A stretch of 64,000 bases of DNA from an uncultured Methanobrevibacter sp. (GCA_902774685.1 CACYJH010000004.1:3025-67024), one strand, 5' to 3'. Positions 1 to 11,984 are shown, numbered from the stretch's first letter. Made by a program: numbers and translations. Notes: generated from the letters alone by a model not told the origin.

Positions 1-279
1 ATTGAAGACTTGAATCTTATCAAATTCTTTAAGGTTCTCTTTAGCTAATTGATAGCTTGAGTTATTTAATTCAATTGCTATAACCTTATCCATATGCGGG
101 CAGGCAAAATAGCTTAAAACACCAGATCCGCATCCCAAATCAAAGGCCACCATTTCACCATCAGGACTTTTATTCCCCTCACAAGATTCAGCATAGTCAT
201 CAATGGCTTCCTTAAATGCACTTAGCCTTTCATAATCTCTCAAAAGCTTAAAATGATAAGAATTGACTTTAAATTTCAT
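1..279 (-). CDS. class I SAM-dependent methyltransferase (5' part only; runs off the window start)
   Basis: Own translation MKFKVNSYHFKLLRDYERLSAF...VAFDLGCGSGVLSYFA...VIAIELN; DLGCGSG is motif I. Confidence 0.8.
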   Translation of the reverse strand, partial: MKFKVNSYHFKLLRDYERLSAFKEAIDDYAESCEGNKSPDGEMVAFDLGCGSGVLSYFACPHMDKVIAIELNNSSYQLAKENLKEFDKIQVFN

Positions 280-418
280 AGCAGCACTCAAAATAATTTA
301 ATGATTTTTTGATTTAAATAAAAATAGAAAAAATAGAATAAAATTAAAAAAAGTAAGAGAATTTCATATAATTAAAATATAAAGAAATCCCTTTGCTAAT
401 TAAACAAATAAAAATTAA

Positions 419-868
419 TTAGTAGTGGTCATGATCATGATCATGGCCATGGTCATGGTCTAATGACTCACCATTTGCTGTAGAGGTAAGTTTTACGTGT
501 TCCACACCTTTAAGTCTCATCATTCTTTCAGTTAAGTCCCTAATATGTGTAACATCACCGTTTACAACAATAACTTCCATACAGTACTTTTGAGTCATGT
601 GAATATGCATACTTGCATTGATTTCCTTTCTAAAGTCGTGTTGGATGTTTGCAAGGCTTTCCATAACGCCTGTGAAATGATGATCGTAGATGATGGTTAT
701 GACACCTACCCTTTGACCTTCCATTTCATTCATCCATTGGTATCTTAAAATATAATCACTTAAAGCATCACGTATACCTTTTGAACGTGATTGGTAACCT
801 CTATCTTTTAGAACTTCATCAAATTCTGCCAAAAGCTTTTTTGGCAAAGACATACTTATCCTCATCAT
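419..868 (-). CDS. nikR: nickel-responsive transcriptional regulator NikR
   Basis: N-terminal RHH (RISMSLPKKLLAEFD...SRSKGIRDA), YDHH and HIHM..C Ni-binding motifs, His-rich tail; GGTGA SD favours the ATG at 868. Confidence 0.93.
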   Translation of the reverse strand: MMRISMSLPKKLLAEFDEVLKDRGYQSRSKGIRDALSDYILRYQWMNEMEGQRVGVITIIYDHHFTGVMESLANIQHDFRKEINASMHIHMTQKYCMEVIVVNGDVTHIRDLTERMMRLKGVEHVKLTSTANGESLDHDHGHDHDHDHY

Positions 869-1144
869 ATTAATCACCTAAAACTACAAGCAATAAATAA
901 TTTTCATAGCCATTAATTATTACTAATTTAATATTAATTTGACAATTATTATTAATATCAATTATATATTATTACTTTCTATAATATAAATATTACTAAA
1001 AATAATACTAAAACAACAAGATATTATTAAAAAAATACTAACCTTAGTTAAATATTTACTTATTCATCAAAATAAGAATTCAAAATTATTCATTAACAAT
1101 ATTAACAAAAAACAATATATTAAACTTAAAATAAAAGAATAATC

Positions 1145-1936
1145 ATGACTGAAATAAATGTAAACAACATAACTATAAATTATGAACTTGAAGGAAAGGG
1201 AAAAACAATTGTTTTTGTCCATGGATTATCTGATAATTTGGAATATTGGAGAATATTAGCAAATGAATTCAAGGAGAAATATCAAGTTTTAATCTATGAT
1301 TTGAGAGCTCATGGAAACTCAACCGGTGATGATGAAGAGATCTCAATTGACTTATACCAAGAAGACCTCTACCAATTATTAAAAGCATTGAATATAACTA
1401 ATGCAGTATTTGCTGGACTTTCCTTAGGTGGAAATATTATCATGGATTTTGCCATAAATCATCCTGAAATGGTCAATGGCCTTATAGTGATGTCAAGCTT
1501 TTCCGAACAGAATGAAAGACTAGCTAAAATATTCAATGACTTCGAAGAAGGAATAGATAAGGGTTTTGTTGAATTCTTTGATGTGATTGTCCCTTACACA
1601 TTAACTGAAGATATGCTAGAAAAGCACAGTGAAACATTAAATCATGTTAAATATGAAGCGGCAAAAGTTGCAAACATAGAAGGAATTAAAAAAGGAATCA
1701 AGGCAGGAAATGATTTCAATATTACTGACAGATTATGTGAAATAGATGTTCCAACAATTGTAATGGCTGGAGCAGAAGATGATCTGACTGATTTGGAGAT
1801 TCAAAAGAAAATCAGTGACAACATCAAAAATTCAGAGTTAATCGTTCTTGAAAACACCAAACATAACCTTTTGGTTGGGTATAATATTGAAAATATACTG
1901 AACATAATCGATGAGTTCATGTCAAAAATAGAATAA
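1145..1936 (+). CDS. alpha/beta fold hydrolase
   Basis: FVHG, YDLRAHGNS, GLSLGG nucleophile elbow, late Asp and His. Confidence 0.9.
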   Translation: MTEINVNNITINYELEGKGKTIVFVHGLSDNLEYWRILANEFKEKYQVLIYDLRAHGNSTGDDEEISIDLYQEDLYQLLKALNITNAVFAGLSLGGNIIMDFAINHPEMVNGLIVMSSFSEQNERLAKIFNDFEEGIDKGFVEFFDVIVPYTLTEDMLEKHSETLNHVKYEAAKVANIEGIKKGIKAGNDFNITDRLCEIDVPTIVMAGAEDDLTDLEIQKKISDNIKNSELIVLENTKHNLLVGYNIENILNIIDEFMSKIE

Positions 1937-1995
1937 TCATAAAAAAAGAAATATTTCTAAAAACGTTTAAAAAAAAAAAAAAGCCAAATGAGAGA

Positions 1996-2451
1996 TTATA
2001 AAACCTTATAATAATCTCCATTTTTTCTATAAACAGCTTTAATTAGTCCCTTATTTTCCAAAGACAATAATATATGATACATTCTAAAGTCAGATAATTT
2101 CAAATCACCATATAAAAGATTTCCTTCAATCTCATATCTTGAAACAAAACCATCATCATCCATCAATGATTTTATCAATGCAAAGGAAGCCTTCTCCTTT
2201 TGGTTTAACTCAGCGTTTTTGACGTCCTCTTTGGAATCTACAGTATTGATCTTTGCGTCCACTTCCTTCAATTCAACTGTGGAACCATCATAAATAGCCA
2301 AACCTTTAGACTTTAGGCTATTCAACAAATCATTAAGATCATGTTCATAGATTCCTAAATCCTCTTTTAAAATAGAAACATCAATTTGAGCTTCAGAATA
2401 TGATTTGATTTGATTTAAAACTTCTTCTTCCGCTTTAGTAATAGTAATCAT
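1996..2451 (-). CDS. hypothetical protein with two winged-helix-like halves
   Basis: Internal duplication (LLNSLKSKGL / ILLSLENKGL) typical of wHTH. Confidence 0.6.
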   Translation of the reverse strand: MITITKAEEEVLNQIKSYSEAQIDVSILKEDLGIYEHDLNDLLNSLKSKGLAIYDGSTVELKEVDAKINTVDSKEDVKNAELNQKEKASFALIKSLMDDDGFVSRYEIEGNLLYGDLKLSDFRMYHILLSLENKGLIKAVYRKNGDYYKVL

Positions 2452-2644
2452 AAATAAAACCTTTCTTTCTTAAAATGTTTTTTGTATTTAATTATATTAT
2501 GTCAAGCATTATAAATAAACTTATAGACAGCAGTTGAAAAGTAAATTTTTTAAAAATAATTATACATTAATGAAATAGTAAAAATAGTTAAAATACTTTA
2601 AAAAGTTAAAATAAAAAAGAAAAAAAGAGAAATGAATAAATTAC

Positions 2645-3112
2645 TTATTCATTTTGTAATCTGTTGATAGCATCTTTTGCACCGTATTGTACAAAAGAAC
2701 TTTCATCATTCAATAATTCTTCGAGTTTTGGAAGAGCTTCTTCAGCGCCAAGTGCACCTAAAATCCAGCAAGCTGCACCTCTGACTCTCCATTTAGGGCT
2801 GTCCAATTCTGCAAGAACAGGTTCAATAGCTTCATCACCCATAGTGGTTAAAGCGGTAGAAGCTTCTCTTCTTACCAATTTGTTTCTGTCTCCTAAAGTT
2901 TTTACAAGTGCAGGAATAGCTCTTTTATCACCAATAGCTTTCAATACTTCAATTGCACCAATCTTAATGTTTTTATCTCTTTCATCCAAAGCTGCAATAA
3001 GAGGTTCAACTGCTTCTTCTCCTTTAAGTTCAAGTGAACCGATTGCTTCTTCTCTAACGAAATCATCAGAATCCTTTAAGTCTAATATAAGATCATCAAT
3101 TGATTTTTCCAT
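2645..3112 (-). CDS. HEAT/PBS-lyase repeat protein
   Basis: Repeated VR..A...LG.....A..PL..AL.D units. Confidence 0.9.
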   Translation of the reverse strand: MEKSIDDLILDLKDSDDFVREEAIGSLELKGEEAVEPLIAALDERDKNIKIGAIEVLKAIGDKRAIPALVKTLGDRNKLVRREASTALTTMGDEAIEPVLAELDSPKWRVRGAACWILGALGAEEALPKLEELLNDESSFVQYGAKDAINRLQNE

Positions 3113-3493
3113 AATATTACCATCCTAAAACATTATAAATTTTAATTATTAAAAATTCATCCAATCATAATGAATATTCTATATCTTATCTTTACAATTG
3201 AATATACTTAATTATTATTATAATTTACAAGTATATAAATATTTCGACTTATTACGAACAATATCATACCATACAAATGAATTAGATTTTAAGGCTTTAT
3301 GAAATGAGAAATTCCAAAGAAATGCCAATGCAATGTACATTTTTATACATCAATGTTTTATTTTGGAAAGATTAATATATAAAAAATGCATATAATATTA
3401 TTAAATAAAATAATTTAATATAATAATTTAATAAAATAATTTAAAAAAATTATTTAATAAAAAATTTGATAAAATAAAAGGATTATGTGAATA

Positions 3494-4498
3494 ATGATAA
3501 ATATAGCAAGAATTGATGGAGATGGAATAGGAAAGGAAGTGACAGAAGCAGGAGTGGCTGTCCTTGAATCATTGGATTTGAACTTCAATTTTGTAGAAGC
3601 TGAAGCAGGAAGGGAATGCTTTGATAAGAATGGAACCACTATCCCTGAAGAAACTATAAAAACAGCTAAAAATGCAAAAGCCACACTTTTTGGAGCAATC
3701 ACTTCAACTCCTGGACAAAAAAGTCCAATCATTACACTCAGACAAGAATTGGACACCTATGCAAACTTAAGGCCTATAAAATCATTCAAGGGAATTAATT
3801 GCCTATTTGACGATTTGGATTTTCTCATTGTGAGGGAAAATACAGAAGGGCTATACTCAGGTAATGAGACAATAGATGACAATAACAATAAGGCAATAGC
3901 TCAAAGAGTCATTACCAAAAAAGCCAGTGAAAGGATTTCAAAGCTTGCTTTTGAACAGGCCATAAAGCTTGAGAAGGAGTCTGTAACCTGTGTGCATAAG
4001 GCAAATGTTTTGAAAAAGACTGATGGAGTGTTTAAAGACTCATTCTACAAAGTTGCTAAGGATTATCCCAACATAAAAACCAATGATTACTATGTTGATG
4101 CAACTGCAATGTACCTTTTGACAAAACCTCAAGAATTTGATGTAATTGTCACCAGCAACCTTTTCGGAGATATACTGTCTGATGCTTCTGCAGGTCTTGT
4201 TGGTGGATTGGGACTTGCACCATCTGGAAATATTGGAGATGAACATGGACTATTCGAACCTGTTCATGGATCTGCACCTGACATTGCAGGAAACAATATT
4301 TCAAATCCAATAGCCATGTTATTATCAGTTTCCATGATGCTTGAATACTTAAACGAGCCATACTGGGCAGAAAAAGTAAAGACTGCATGTGAAAATGTAT
4401 TGGAAAAAGGAAAAGTGAAAACACCTGATTTAGGTGGAAATGACAAGACAATGGATGTTGCAAATGCAGTCATTCAAGAGATAGATAACTTAAAATAA
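3494..4498 (+). CDS. isocitrate/isopropylmalate dehydrogenase family, probably homoisocitrate dehydrogenase AksF (LeuB not excluded)
   Basis: GDGIGKEV, RENTEGLY, HKANVLK, NLFGDILSD and EPVHGSAPDIAG signatures. Confidence 0.85.
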   Translation: MINIARIDGDGIGKEVTEAGVAVLESLDLNFNFVEAEAGRECFDKNGTTIPEETIKTAKNAKATLFGAITSTPGQKSPIITLRQELDTYANLRPIKSFKGINCLFDDLDFLIVRENTEGLYSGNETIDDNNNKAIAQRVITKKASERISKLAFEQAIKLEKESVTCVHKANVLKKTDGVFKDSFYKVAKDYPNIKTNDYYVDATAMYLLTKPQEFDVIVTSNLFGDILSDASAGLVGGLGLAPSGNIGDEHGLFEPVHGSAPDIAGNNISNPIAMLLSVSMMLEYLNEPYWAEKVKTACENVLEKGKVKTPDLGGNDKTMDVANAVIQEIDNLK

Positions 4499-4573
4499 AT
4501 ATTAAACCTTGAAAAAAATACTAAAATAAATACTAATAATTATAATTCATTAAATGAGCGAAAGAGGTAAAAT

Positions 4574-6070
4574 ATGTTAAATATAACCACATTTATAGAT
4601 GCTAATGCACGTAGATTGGATAAGGATGTTTATTATTGTCCAAGCAGAAACATAAGATACAATTCAACAGAAGTATTGGAAATTGTATCTGGAATAGGAC
4701 AAAGCCTAATTGACAAGGGCATAGAAAAGGGAGATAGAGTCTTAATCTATTTGAACAATTCACCGGAATACCTATTTTCATTGCTTGCAATATGGAGAAT
4801 CGGTGCAATAGCTATTCCAACCAATAGAATACTTACTGCTTCAGAACTGAACTATATGATCAACGACTCTGATGCAAAATTAATAATTACTGATCTTGAT
4901 GCAAAAGAAACCGTAAAAGAATTAAACACAGAATCCTACATCATAGAAGACTGTGAAAGCTTTAAAGGAAGCGAAACATTGCCTGCTTGTGAAACCGAAT
5001 GGGATGACTTATGTCAATTGCAATACACTTCAGGAACAACTGGAAAACCTAAAGGATCAATGCTAACCCATGGAAACTGGTTTACAGCTATTCACAATGC
5101 CTGTGATGTATTGACATATAAGGAAAACGACACATTCCTCTGCATCTATCCAATGGCGCATGTAGGAATATTATGGGCAATTGGTGCACTTAGAGCTGGA
5201 GCATTAACCATTACCATGGACTTCTTTGAAATAAATGAATACCTCCAATTATGTAAGGATGAAGAGGTTAGCGTCTTGTCAGGAATGCCTCCAGTAATCC
5301 ATACCTTGACAAATCTTGAAGAGGAGGAAAGGAAAAACCTTTCAACAGTAAGGGAAATCATCAGTGGAGGAGGCCCATTGCACAGAAAGATTTGGAAAAA
5401 GTTCATGAAGCAATACAATATCCCAATCATAAATGCATATGGTCTTTCTGAAACCATTGTAATAGGTACAGGAACAGTAATCAGACCTGAAGACTATGCT
5501 ACAGCAGACAGATACGAAAGTGTAGGACACCCAGTATGTTTTTCTGAGCTTAAAATCGTAGACGAAGCGGACCCAAGCATTTCCTTAGGCCATTATGAAC
5601 ATGGAGAAATCGCTCTTAGAGGTCCTGCAATAGCTAAAGGATATTGGGGAATGGAAAAGGAAACAAAAGAATCATTCCTCGAAGATGGATGGTTCCTTAC
5701 TGGAGATATAGGTTACATCGATGATGATGAGCGTTTGTTCATTACAGACAGAAAGAAAGACATGATTGTAATGAGCGGATGGAAAATCTATCCAACTGAA
5801 GTTGAAGAGACATTGATCAAATATCCGAAAGTGGATGAAATAGCAATTTTCAGTATTGGTGACTGCCATAGAGGAGAGCTTCCTGTAGCTGCAGTTGTAT
5901 GGAAAGATGAAGAGGACCCTGATGGATTGATCGAATACTCTAAAGAGTATTTGGCAAGATACAAGGTTCCTAGAAAAATATTCACTATGGAAGAGCTTCC
6001 AAGAGTAAATGGATGGAAACTCCTCAGAAGAGAATTAAGGAAAATGTATTCTACTAATTCAGAAGAATAA
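4574..6070 (+). CDS. AMP-dependent acyl-CoA synthetase
   Basis: YTSGTTGKPKG, YGLSE, GWFLTGD and RKKDMI motifs. Confidence 0.92.
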   Translation: MLNITTFIDANARRLDKDVYYCPSRNIRYNSTEVLEIVSGIGQSLIDKGIEKGDRVLIYLNNSPEYLFSLLAIWRIGAIAIPTNRILTASELNYMINDSDAKLIITDLDAKETVKELNTESYIIEDCESFKGSETLPACETEWDDLCQLQYTSGTTGKPKGSMLTHGNWFTAIHNACDVLTYKENDTFLCIYPMAHVGILWAIGALRAGALTITMDFFEINEYLQLCKDEEVSVLSGMPPVIHTLTNLEEEERKNLSTVREIISGGGPLHRKIWKKFMKQYNIPIINAYGLSETIVIGTGTVIRPEDYATADRYESVGHPVCFSELKIVDEADPSISLGHYEHGEIALRGPAIAKGYWGMEKETKESFLEDGWFLTGDIGYIDDDERLFITDRKKDMIVMSGWKIYPTEVEETLIKYPKVDEIAIFSIGDCHRGELPVAAVVWKDEEDPDGLIEYSKEYLARYKVPRKIFTMEELPRVNGWKLLRRELRKMYSTNSEE

Positions 6071-6316
6071 TTTTTCTATTTTTTTCCTTTTTTATTATTT
6101 TTTTAATCTTAAAAAAAATCTTATTTTATCTTTTTAATCTTAAAAAATCCCTATTTTTTCTTTTTTTATAAAAGTAGTTTTTTCTAAAAATAGTTACCTA
6201 ATACTTTTTTTAAAATTTGTAAAGAATTACATTGTAAAAATAGCTAATCAAAGAGTAATTGAAATTAAAAAATAAAAATAGTAGTAGAGGATAAAAATCC
6301 AACTACTTTAAAAAAC

Positions 6317-7060
6317 TTAACACTCAAATCCGCCGTCACATCTGATGATTTGACCGTCTACGAATTCAGATTCGTCAGAAGCAAGGAATAATGCTAATGC
6401 AGCAATATCTTCTCCTTGACCTACTCTTTTCATAGGTGCTCCGTCAACCATCATTTGTAATGCTTCTACTCCACCAATACTATCTACCATAGCAGTGTGG
6501 ATAGCACCAGGAGCAATACCGTTACATCTTATTTCAGGACCAAGTTCGAATGCCATGGATTTGGTAAGACCAGCAATAGCGTGTTTGGATGAGATGTAAC
6601 CTACAAATCCGAAGTGTGCAGCGTAGGATGCTACTGAACAAGTGTTGATTACAACACCTTTTCCTTTTTCTTTCATTACAGGAGCTACTAATTGGGTTAA
6701 GTATAATGGAGCGTATACGTCAACTGCAAATACTTTGTCCCATTCTTCTTTGGTAATGTCTAAGAGAGGTGTTACACTTAAAAGTCCTGCATTGTTGAAT
6801 AAAATGTCGACAGTACCATATTTTTCCATGGTTGCGTCAAAAATCTTTTTAATGTCGTCAACATTAGCCATATCTGCAATTACTGCAAATGCTTCTCCAC
6901 CAGCTGCTACAATGTCATCTACTACAGCTTGTGCTCTTTCTTCATTTCTTCCAGTTACAACTACTTTTGCACCTTCTGCAGCATATAATTTAGCTGTAGA
7001 ACGGCCCATACCTGAGGTTGATCCAGTAACAATTGCTACTTTTCCGTCTAGTTTACCCAT
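6317..7060 (-). CDS. SDR family oxidoreductase
   Basis: TGSTSGMG, NNAG and YISSK (YxxxK) motifs. Confidence 0.92.
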   Translation of the reverse strand: MGKLDGKVAIVTGSTSGMGRSTAKLYAAEGAKVVVTGRNEERAQAVVDDIVAAGGEAFAVIADMANVDDIKKIFDATMEKYGTVDILFNNAGLLSVTPLLDITKEEWDKVFAVDVYAPLYLTQLVAPVMKEKGKGVVINTCSVASYAAHFGFVGYISSKHAIAGLTKSMAFELGPEIRCNGIAPGAIHTAMVDSIGGVEALQMMVDGAPMKRVGQGEDIAALALFLASDESEFVDGQIIRCDGGFEC

Positions 7061-7423
7061 TTATTTCACCTTCTTTAATAAAAAAAATTTATGTTTTTTG
7101 TGATTAATACTATATATGATTAAGTATTTAAATATTTTTAAATATTTTTAAATATTTTTGAATTTTGTTTAGGTTTTTTTATAATTGTACAGTATTTAAC
7201 CTAGTAACATTAATATTTTTTAATATTTTGTTCATTTTATTATTTTTTTATTAACTGTTCATATAGAAAAAATATCAAATATTTTACAAAATGAGAATAT
7301 TGAAAAAATAACTTTTACAAAATGAAAAAATGAAAAAATGAAAAATTGATTATAAATTAAAAAACTATTTTTGAAATTGAAAAAAAGAAAAGATATTAAA
7401 AAAGACCATTATAAAAAACTTCT

Positions 7424-10400
7424 TTAAGTGATTTTAATAGTCCTTTTAACAGTTAAATTGCCATAAGTTAAATAGACTGAATATTTGCCTTTTTTCAAGT
7501 ATTTAAGACTTAAAGTAGCTATTCCTTTGGAATTGGTTTTTCTTTTGTATGTTTTGGACTTGAACTTAAATTTAAGGTATTTGCTTTTTATGATCTTTCC
7601 TTTGGAATTAAGCAATTTAGCAGTATATTTAACTGTTTTAGCTCTCTTCTTAGTAAGATTCTTTGCAATGATAGTGGGTTTTACAGTTACATTATTCTTT
7701 ACTGTAAATCCTTTATAAGTAACTGAAATGGCATACTTATTTGGTTTTGAACTTATTTTCAGATAAGCGTATCCTTTACTGTCGGTACGTTTATTATAGG
7801 TTTTGCCTCTATAACTGAATTTTACAGAGACGTTCTTTGCAATATTTCCGTAATCATCAAGAACTTTAACCTTATAGCTAGAACCAGACCCATAATACAT
7901 GACCAAATTCTTATTTTCAGTGATTCTGCTTAAGACCTTGATTTTTTGAGTCTTCTCTTCTGATGTATTTGGATTTATAATCTTTACAGTATAGGTTCCT
8001 GGCTTAAGTTTCACATCAATCTTAGCCACTCCATTTGCATCTGTCTTGACATTATATGCTTTTCCTGCAAATACAATGCTTACTGTTGTATTCTTTAAAG
8101 GATTTGAATCCTTGTCTAAGAGTTTTACGCTATACTTTGATCCATAGGTATAATTGCTGTATTGAGGAGTGACACTTGTCTTTACAGTTATGGTTGAAGT
8201 TCCATTTGATGCAATGTAAAGCTTTTCTCCTAAGAATTTTACATTAAGCTTGTAGCTTCCTGTTTTTAAGCTGATGTTCAAGTAAGCTTCACCGTTCTCA
8301 TCAGTAAGCAATGCATCAGTGAAATTGTTTAAAGTGTATTCCAAGACTCTTCCACCAAGAGGATTTCCATCCTCATCAGTTAATATGATTTTATATTCTT
8401 TGCCACTTTGATAAACTGTTTCCATATTGTCAAGAGTTATTATGGTTCTTCTTGAATCAATGGTGAAATTCAATTCAACATCATCAGCTTCATAGACAGC
8501 ATCATAAAGTGAAATTCTGACATTATATGAACCAGTGTTCAAATTAGTCAAATTAATTGATGCAATGCCATCAATAGACTTGATTGTGTAATTTGCACTG
8601 CCTAAATCTATGAAAATGGTTTCATTGAGGGAATCGTTAAGGTTAATGTTGACCAATGCATTGTCTAAATCAACAGAAATGTCTGCAATCATATCTACAG
8701 GTATTTTTCTTATATCTACAGTTCCATTATCTTTTGAAGTGACATATCCGCAAGCAACAAACTCTGCTACGATTGTATTCAATCCTTTTTCAAAAATATG
8801 AGTGATTTTTGCTACCCCATCAGAGACATTCACAGGAATGACAACATCTGATAAGTTAAACAATACAATTCCACAGTTTACTGGGTTTCCATATTGATTG
8901 ATAATATGAGCAGTAATGTTTACAGGATTGAATCCATCATATTCAATATCCAATGAAGTTACAGTATCTACTACATCAAATACTGTAAATGCCTTTATGC
9001 ATGCTACCTGAGAGTTATTGTAATGATGTCCAGGATAATCGCTCCATACTATGCTGTAGAGGTCAGACCAATTTACACCATCATAACTGAAGAATGAAAT
9101 TCCTTCCCTGAATAATCCGTTATTCAGGCTTACCTTCTCTGCAATAGGGAATCCTGCATCACCTGTAACGTTTATCTTGAATATAACTTCAAAGATGTCT
9201 CCTTTAATCAAAGGAATATGTTCAAAAAGATCAATGGTCCAATAACCAGGATTTGAAAAACCAGATTTTGTTGATTTCAAGACATCATTGACGTAAACTG
9301 ACACTTCCCAATTGCTTGGCTTTTCAAAATAGGTTGAAACTGCAGACAAATACTCATTGTCAGTAGCTGTGAAAACATTCTTATACCATACTGTGTCGGT
9401 TGTATTGAAGAAATAATCTGTCTTACCTATATCATACTGGTAATTCTTATCATACTTAATAGAATCATTTAAAATAATTGCAAAAGCGCCATCATTTTCG
9501 CCAAGTCTTAGGGCACTTATATCATAATATGAAAGGTAGAAGTAACCATTATCGTTACCCCAATTTTCTCCCCAACTGTTTTTGACTATCCATGCACCTG
9601 GCCCTGGAGCATTTGGTATTTCTATAGTGTCATTCCATCCAACTATGGCAACTGCATGATTACAGGTACTATTATCAGTATTATAAACATATGCTCCAAT
9701 ATTTGAATCATATTTTGTTTTCATCCTAACGGAAATGAAAACTGCACCATAATCAATCAATGCTCTTTTGACCATATCATTTTCAGTGAAATTATCCCTT
9801 TTTAAGTATACAATATTTTGAACGTGCATCATACTGTTTAAGATTGGAGAAAAAATACTATAATCTCCGTATAAGTCATCTGCATCATTGATTGGACCTA
9901 ACCAACTGACAAGATAACCTACACCCATATCATCATATCCTCCATTATTGGTTTCCATTTGCCAACCGTAAGGAGAATATAATGCGGCTACATTCTTCAT
10001 ATTCTCTTCTGAGAGGTCAATCAAATCAGATAAATTGCCGCCATTATTCAAAAATTCCAATATGTCTGCATATTCTGAATAATTATAAATCAATCCAGAG
10101 CTATTCATATCATAAATGGCTTTAATTATAGCAGATTCAAGACTTGCCATTGTTGCAAAAGCCCAACAGTTTCCACCGTTTGCCTGATTTTTAACTGAAC
10201 TTACAAAGCCATAATCTGCTAAATTATAATAGCTAGGAAGTGTACCATTTGTGCTGTCTCCATTGAAAACAGCCCTATAAAGAGTATAATTATCTGCTAG
10301 AACAATTAAATCAGATTTTTCATAAGTATCATTATATTCTCTTGCAGAATTGTTTTCATAAAAATTATTGACTATTGTGTAATTTTCATTATAGAAATAG

Positions 10401-11317
10401 TAGATAGCACCTGCTGAAGCATTTGCATAGTTATTGATAAAATTATTGCCTTCAATTGAGAAGTCATTCTTGCTGAAGACATAAATGGCTCCACCTTCAT
10501 TTGCATGGTTTTTATCAAATTCAGACTCAGTAAGGCTCATATTACCATAAATCTGATAAATTGCACCACCATAATATTTTGCAGTATTGTTTACAAAATG
10601 GCAGTCAGTGATCTTCAAATCAGCATTTGCAGCAAAAACAGCTCCACCATAAAGTGCATAATTGTTATAAAAGCTACAATTTTTTAGAATTAGTGAATTG
10701 TTTTGACCAAATGAATATATGGCTCCGCCGCAAGAGTCGACATAAATATCAGATTCTAATGCAGTGCTATTATAAAAATTCACATTTGAAGCGTTTAAAA
10801 GAGAATTGCTGCCCTTTAACATGATTTGAATATTATTGAATGTAATATTTGCAATATTGAATAATCTTGTAACATTAAATGTTTGATTCTCTGAAGGACA
10901 ATTTATTATTGTATTAGAGGAACTTTCTCCATAGATAGTGATATTTACTTTATCATCTGAACTAATCGGAACATAATTGTAATTACCACTAGCAAAGTGT
11001 AAAATAGAATCAGGCATTATCTTATCATCATCAAGTGTCTTATATGGATTGTCTATTGAACCATTTCCATCCGCTTCAGCATTTGAATCAAAATAATAAT
11101 GATTGCCGATAGGCTCATCGCCTAAATAGGAGTCATCATCATTTATAGAAGCCTCCAAAACATCTTGATTAATTAAATCATCATTAGCCAAATCATAATC
11201 AATTAAGTTATCATCTGCCAAATCTGCACTACTTTCAGCTGCAAAACCAGCAGGAATAATGACCAATAATGATAAAATTATTGATAAAATAATAATTTTA
11301 TTCATATTTTTTAACAA
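7424..11317 (-). CDS. adhesin-like protein with beta-helix (GGA..FxxN) repeats, C1A papain-like cysteine protease domain and C-terminal Ig-like repeats
   Basis: Signal peptide; VKNQANGGNCWAFA, NHAVAIVGW and VKNSWG catalytic motifs; TD..G.A Ig-like repeats. Confidence 0.9.
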   Translation of the reverse strand: MLKNMNKIIILSIILSLLVIIPAGFAAESSADLADDNLIDYDLANDDLINQDVLEASINDDDSYLGDEPIGNHYYFDSNAEADGNGSIDNPYKTLDDDKIMPDSILHFASGNYNYVPISSDDKVNITIYGESSSNTIINCPSENQTFNVTRLFNIANITFNNIQIMLKGSNSLLNASNVNFYNSTALESDIYVDSCGGAIYSFGQNNSLILKNCSFYNNYALYGGAVFAANADLKITDCHFVNNTAKYYGGAIYQIYGNMSLTESEFDKNHANEGGAIYVFSKNDFSIEGNNFINNYANASAGAIYYFYNENYTIVNNFYENNSAREYNDTYEKSDLIVLADNYTLYRAVFNGDSTNGTLPSYYNLADYGFVSSVKNQANGGNCWAFATMASLESAIIKAIYDMNSSGLIYNYSEYADILEFLNNGGNLSDLIDLSEENMKNVAALYSPYGWQMETNNGGYDDMGVGYLVSWLGPINDADDLYGDYSIFSPILNSMMHVQNIVYLKRDNFTENDMVKRALIDYGAVFISVRMKTKYDSNIGAYVYNTDNSTCNHAVAIVGWNDTIEIPNAPGPGAWIVKNSWGENWGNDNGYFYLSYYDISALRLGENDGAFAIILNDSIKYDKNYQYDIGKTDYFFNTTDTVWYKNVFTATDNEYLSAVSTYFEKPSNWEVSVYVNDVLKSTKSGFSNPGYWTIDLFEHIPLIKGDIFEVIFKINVTGDAGFPIAEKVSLNNGLFREGISFFSYDGVNWSDLYSIVWSDYPGHHYNNSQVACIKAFTVFDVVDTVTSLDIEYDGFNPVNITAHIINQYGNPVNCGIVLFNLSDVVIPVNVSDGVAKITHIFEKGLNTIVAEFVACGYVTSKDNGTVDIRKIPVDMIADISVDLDNALVNINLNDSLNETIFIDLGSANYTIKSIDGIASINLTNLNTGSYNVRISLYDAVYEADDVELNFTIDSRRTIITLDNMETVYQSGKEYKIILTDEDGNPLGGRVLEYTLNNFTDALLTDENGEAYLNISLKTGSYKLNVKFLGEKLYIASNGTSTITVKTSVTPQYSNYTYGSKYSVKLLDKDSNPLKNTTVSIVFAGKAYNVKTDANGVAKIDVKLKPGTYTVKIINPNTSEEKTQKIKVLSRITENKNLVMYYGSGSSYKVKVLDDYGNIAKNVSVKFSYRGKTYNKRTDSKGYAYLKISSKPNKYAISVTYKGFTVKNNVTVKPTIIAKNLTKKRAKTVKYTAKLLNSKGKIIKSKYLKFKFKSKTYKRKTNSKGIATLSLKYLKKGKYSVYLTYGNLTVKRTIKIT

Positions 11318-11524
11318 AAAGTTTCCCCCAAAGTGTTAATATTATTATTTTAATTTGTTATTATATATATAATTATATAAAATAATTTGACAGTTTTATA
11401 AAATTTAGATATGAAATAACAAATTATTAATCAATGAATAATTAAAAAAAAAAAGAAAAAATAGGTAAAAGAGTGAAAAATAATAAAAAAGTTAAAAAAA
11501 TAAAATAAAAAAAGAAAACAAGAA

Positions 11525-11893
11525 TTAACCTATTCTTGTTTCATTTATAGGTCCGTTTTCAGACCAATAAGCTTCATATATACCAGGATCATACTGACCG
11601 CCAGAAGTTGAAAATACAGAACGGTAAATAGGACTTCCGTATTCATCAACCAAACCGGTATCATAATCCTTTTGCCAATCATCATAATGCTTTTTTGTGG
11701 ATGATGGTTCTAAACTTGCATTTTTTATGTCAGAGCTATTGTCATCCTTAACGTCAGATATGTTTAAAGTGTCATTGGTAACAACATTGACATCTTGACT
11801 ATCATTTGAATTAATTATATAAAATGCACCTGCAAAAATGGCTAAAACTACTATTATGGTTAAAATTATTATCAATATCCCCTTATTATCCAT
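11525..11893 (-). CDS. membrane-anchored hypothetical protein
   Basis: N-terminal TM helix, polar C-terminus. Confidence 0.7.
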   Translation of the reverse strand: MDNKGILIIILTIIVVLAIFAGAFYIINSNDSQDVNVVTNDTLNISDVKDDNSSDIKNASLEPSSTKKHYDDWQKDYDTGLVDEYGSPIYRSVFSTSGGQYDPGIYEAYWSENGPINETRIG

Positions 11894-11984
11894 TTAACTC
11901 ACCTAACAGTTTTAAAAGTTATAATTATTACAATAATCGATTTAAAAAAAATGAAAGAATAAAATATAAGCAAATATTAACTAT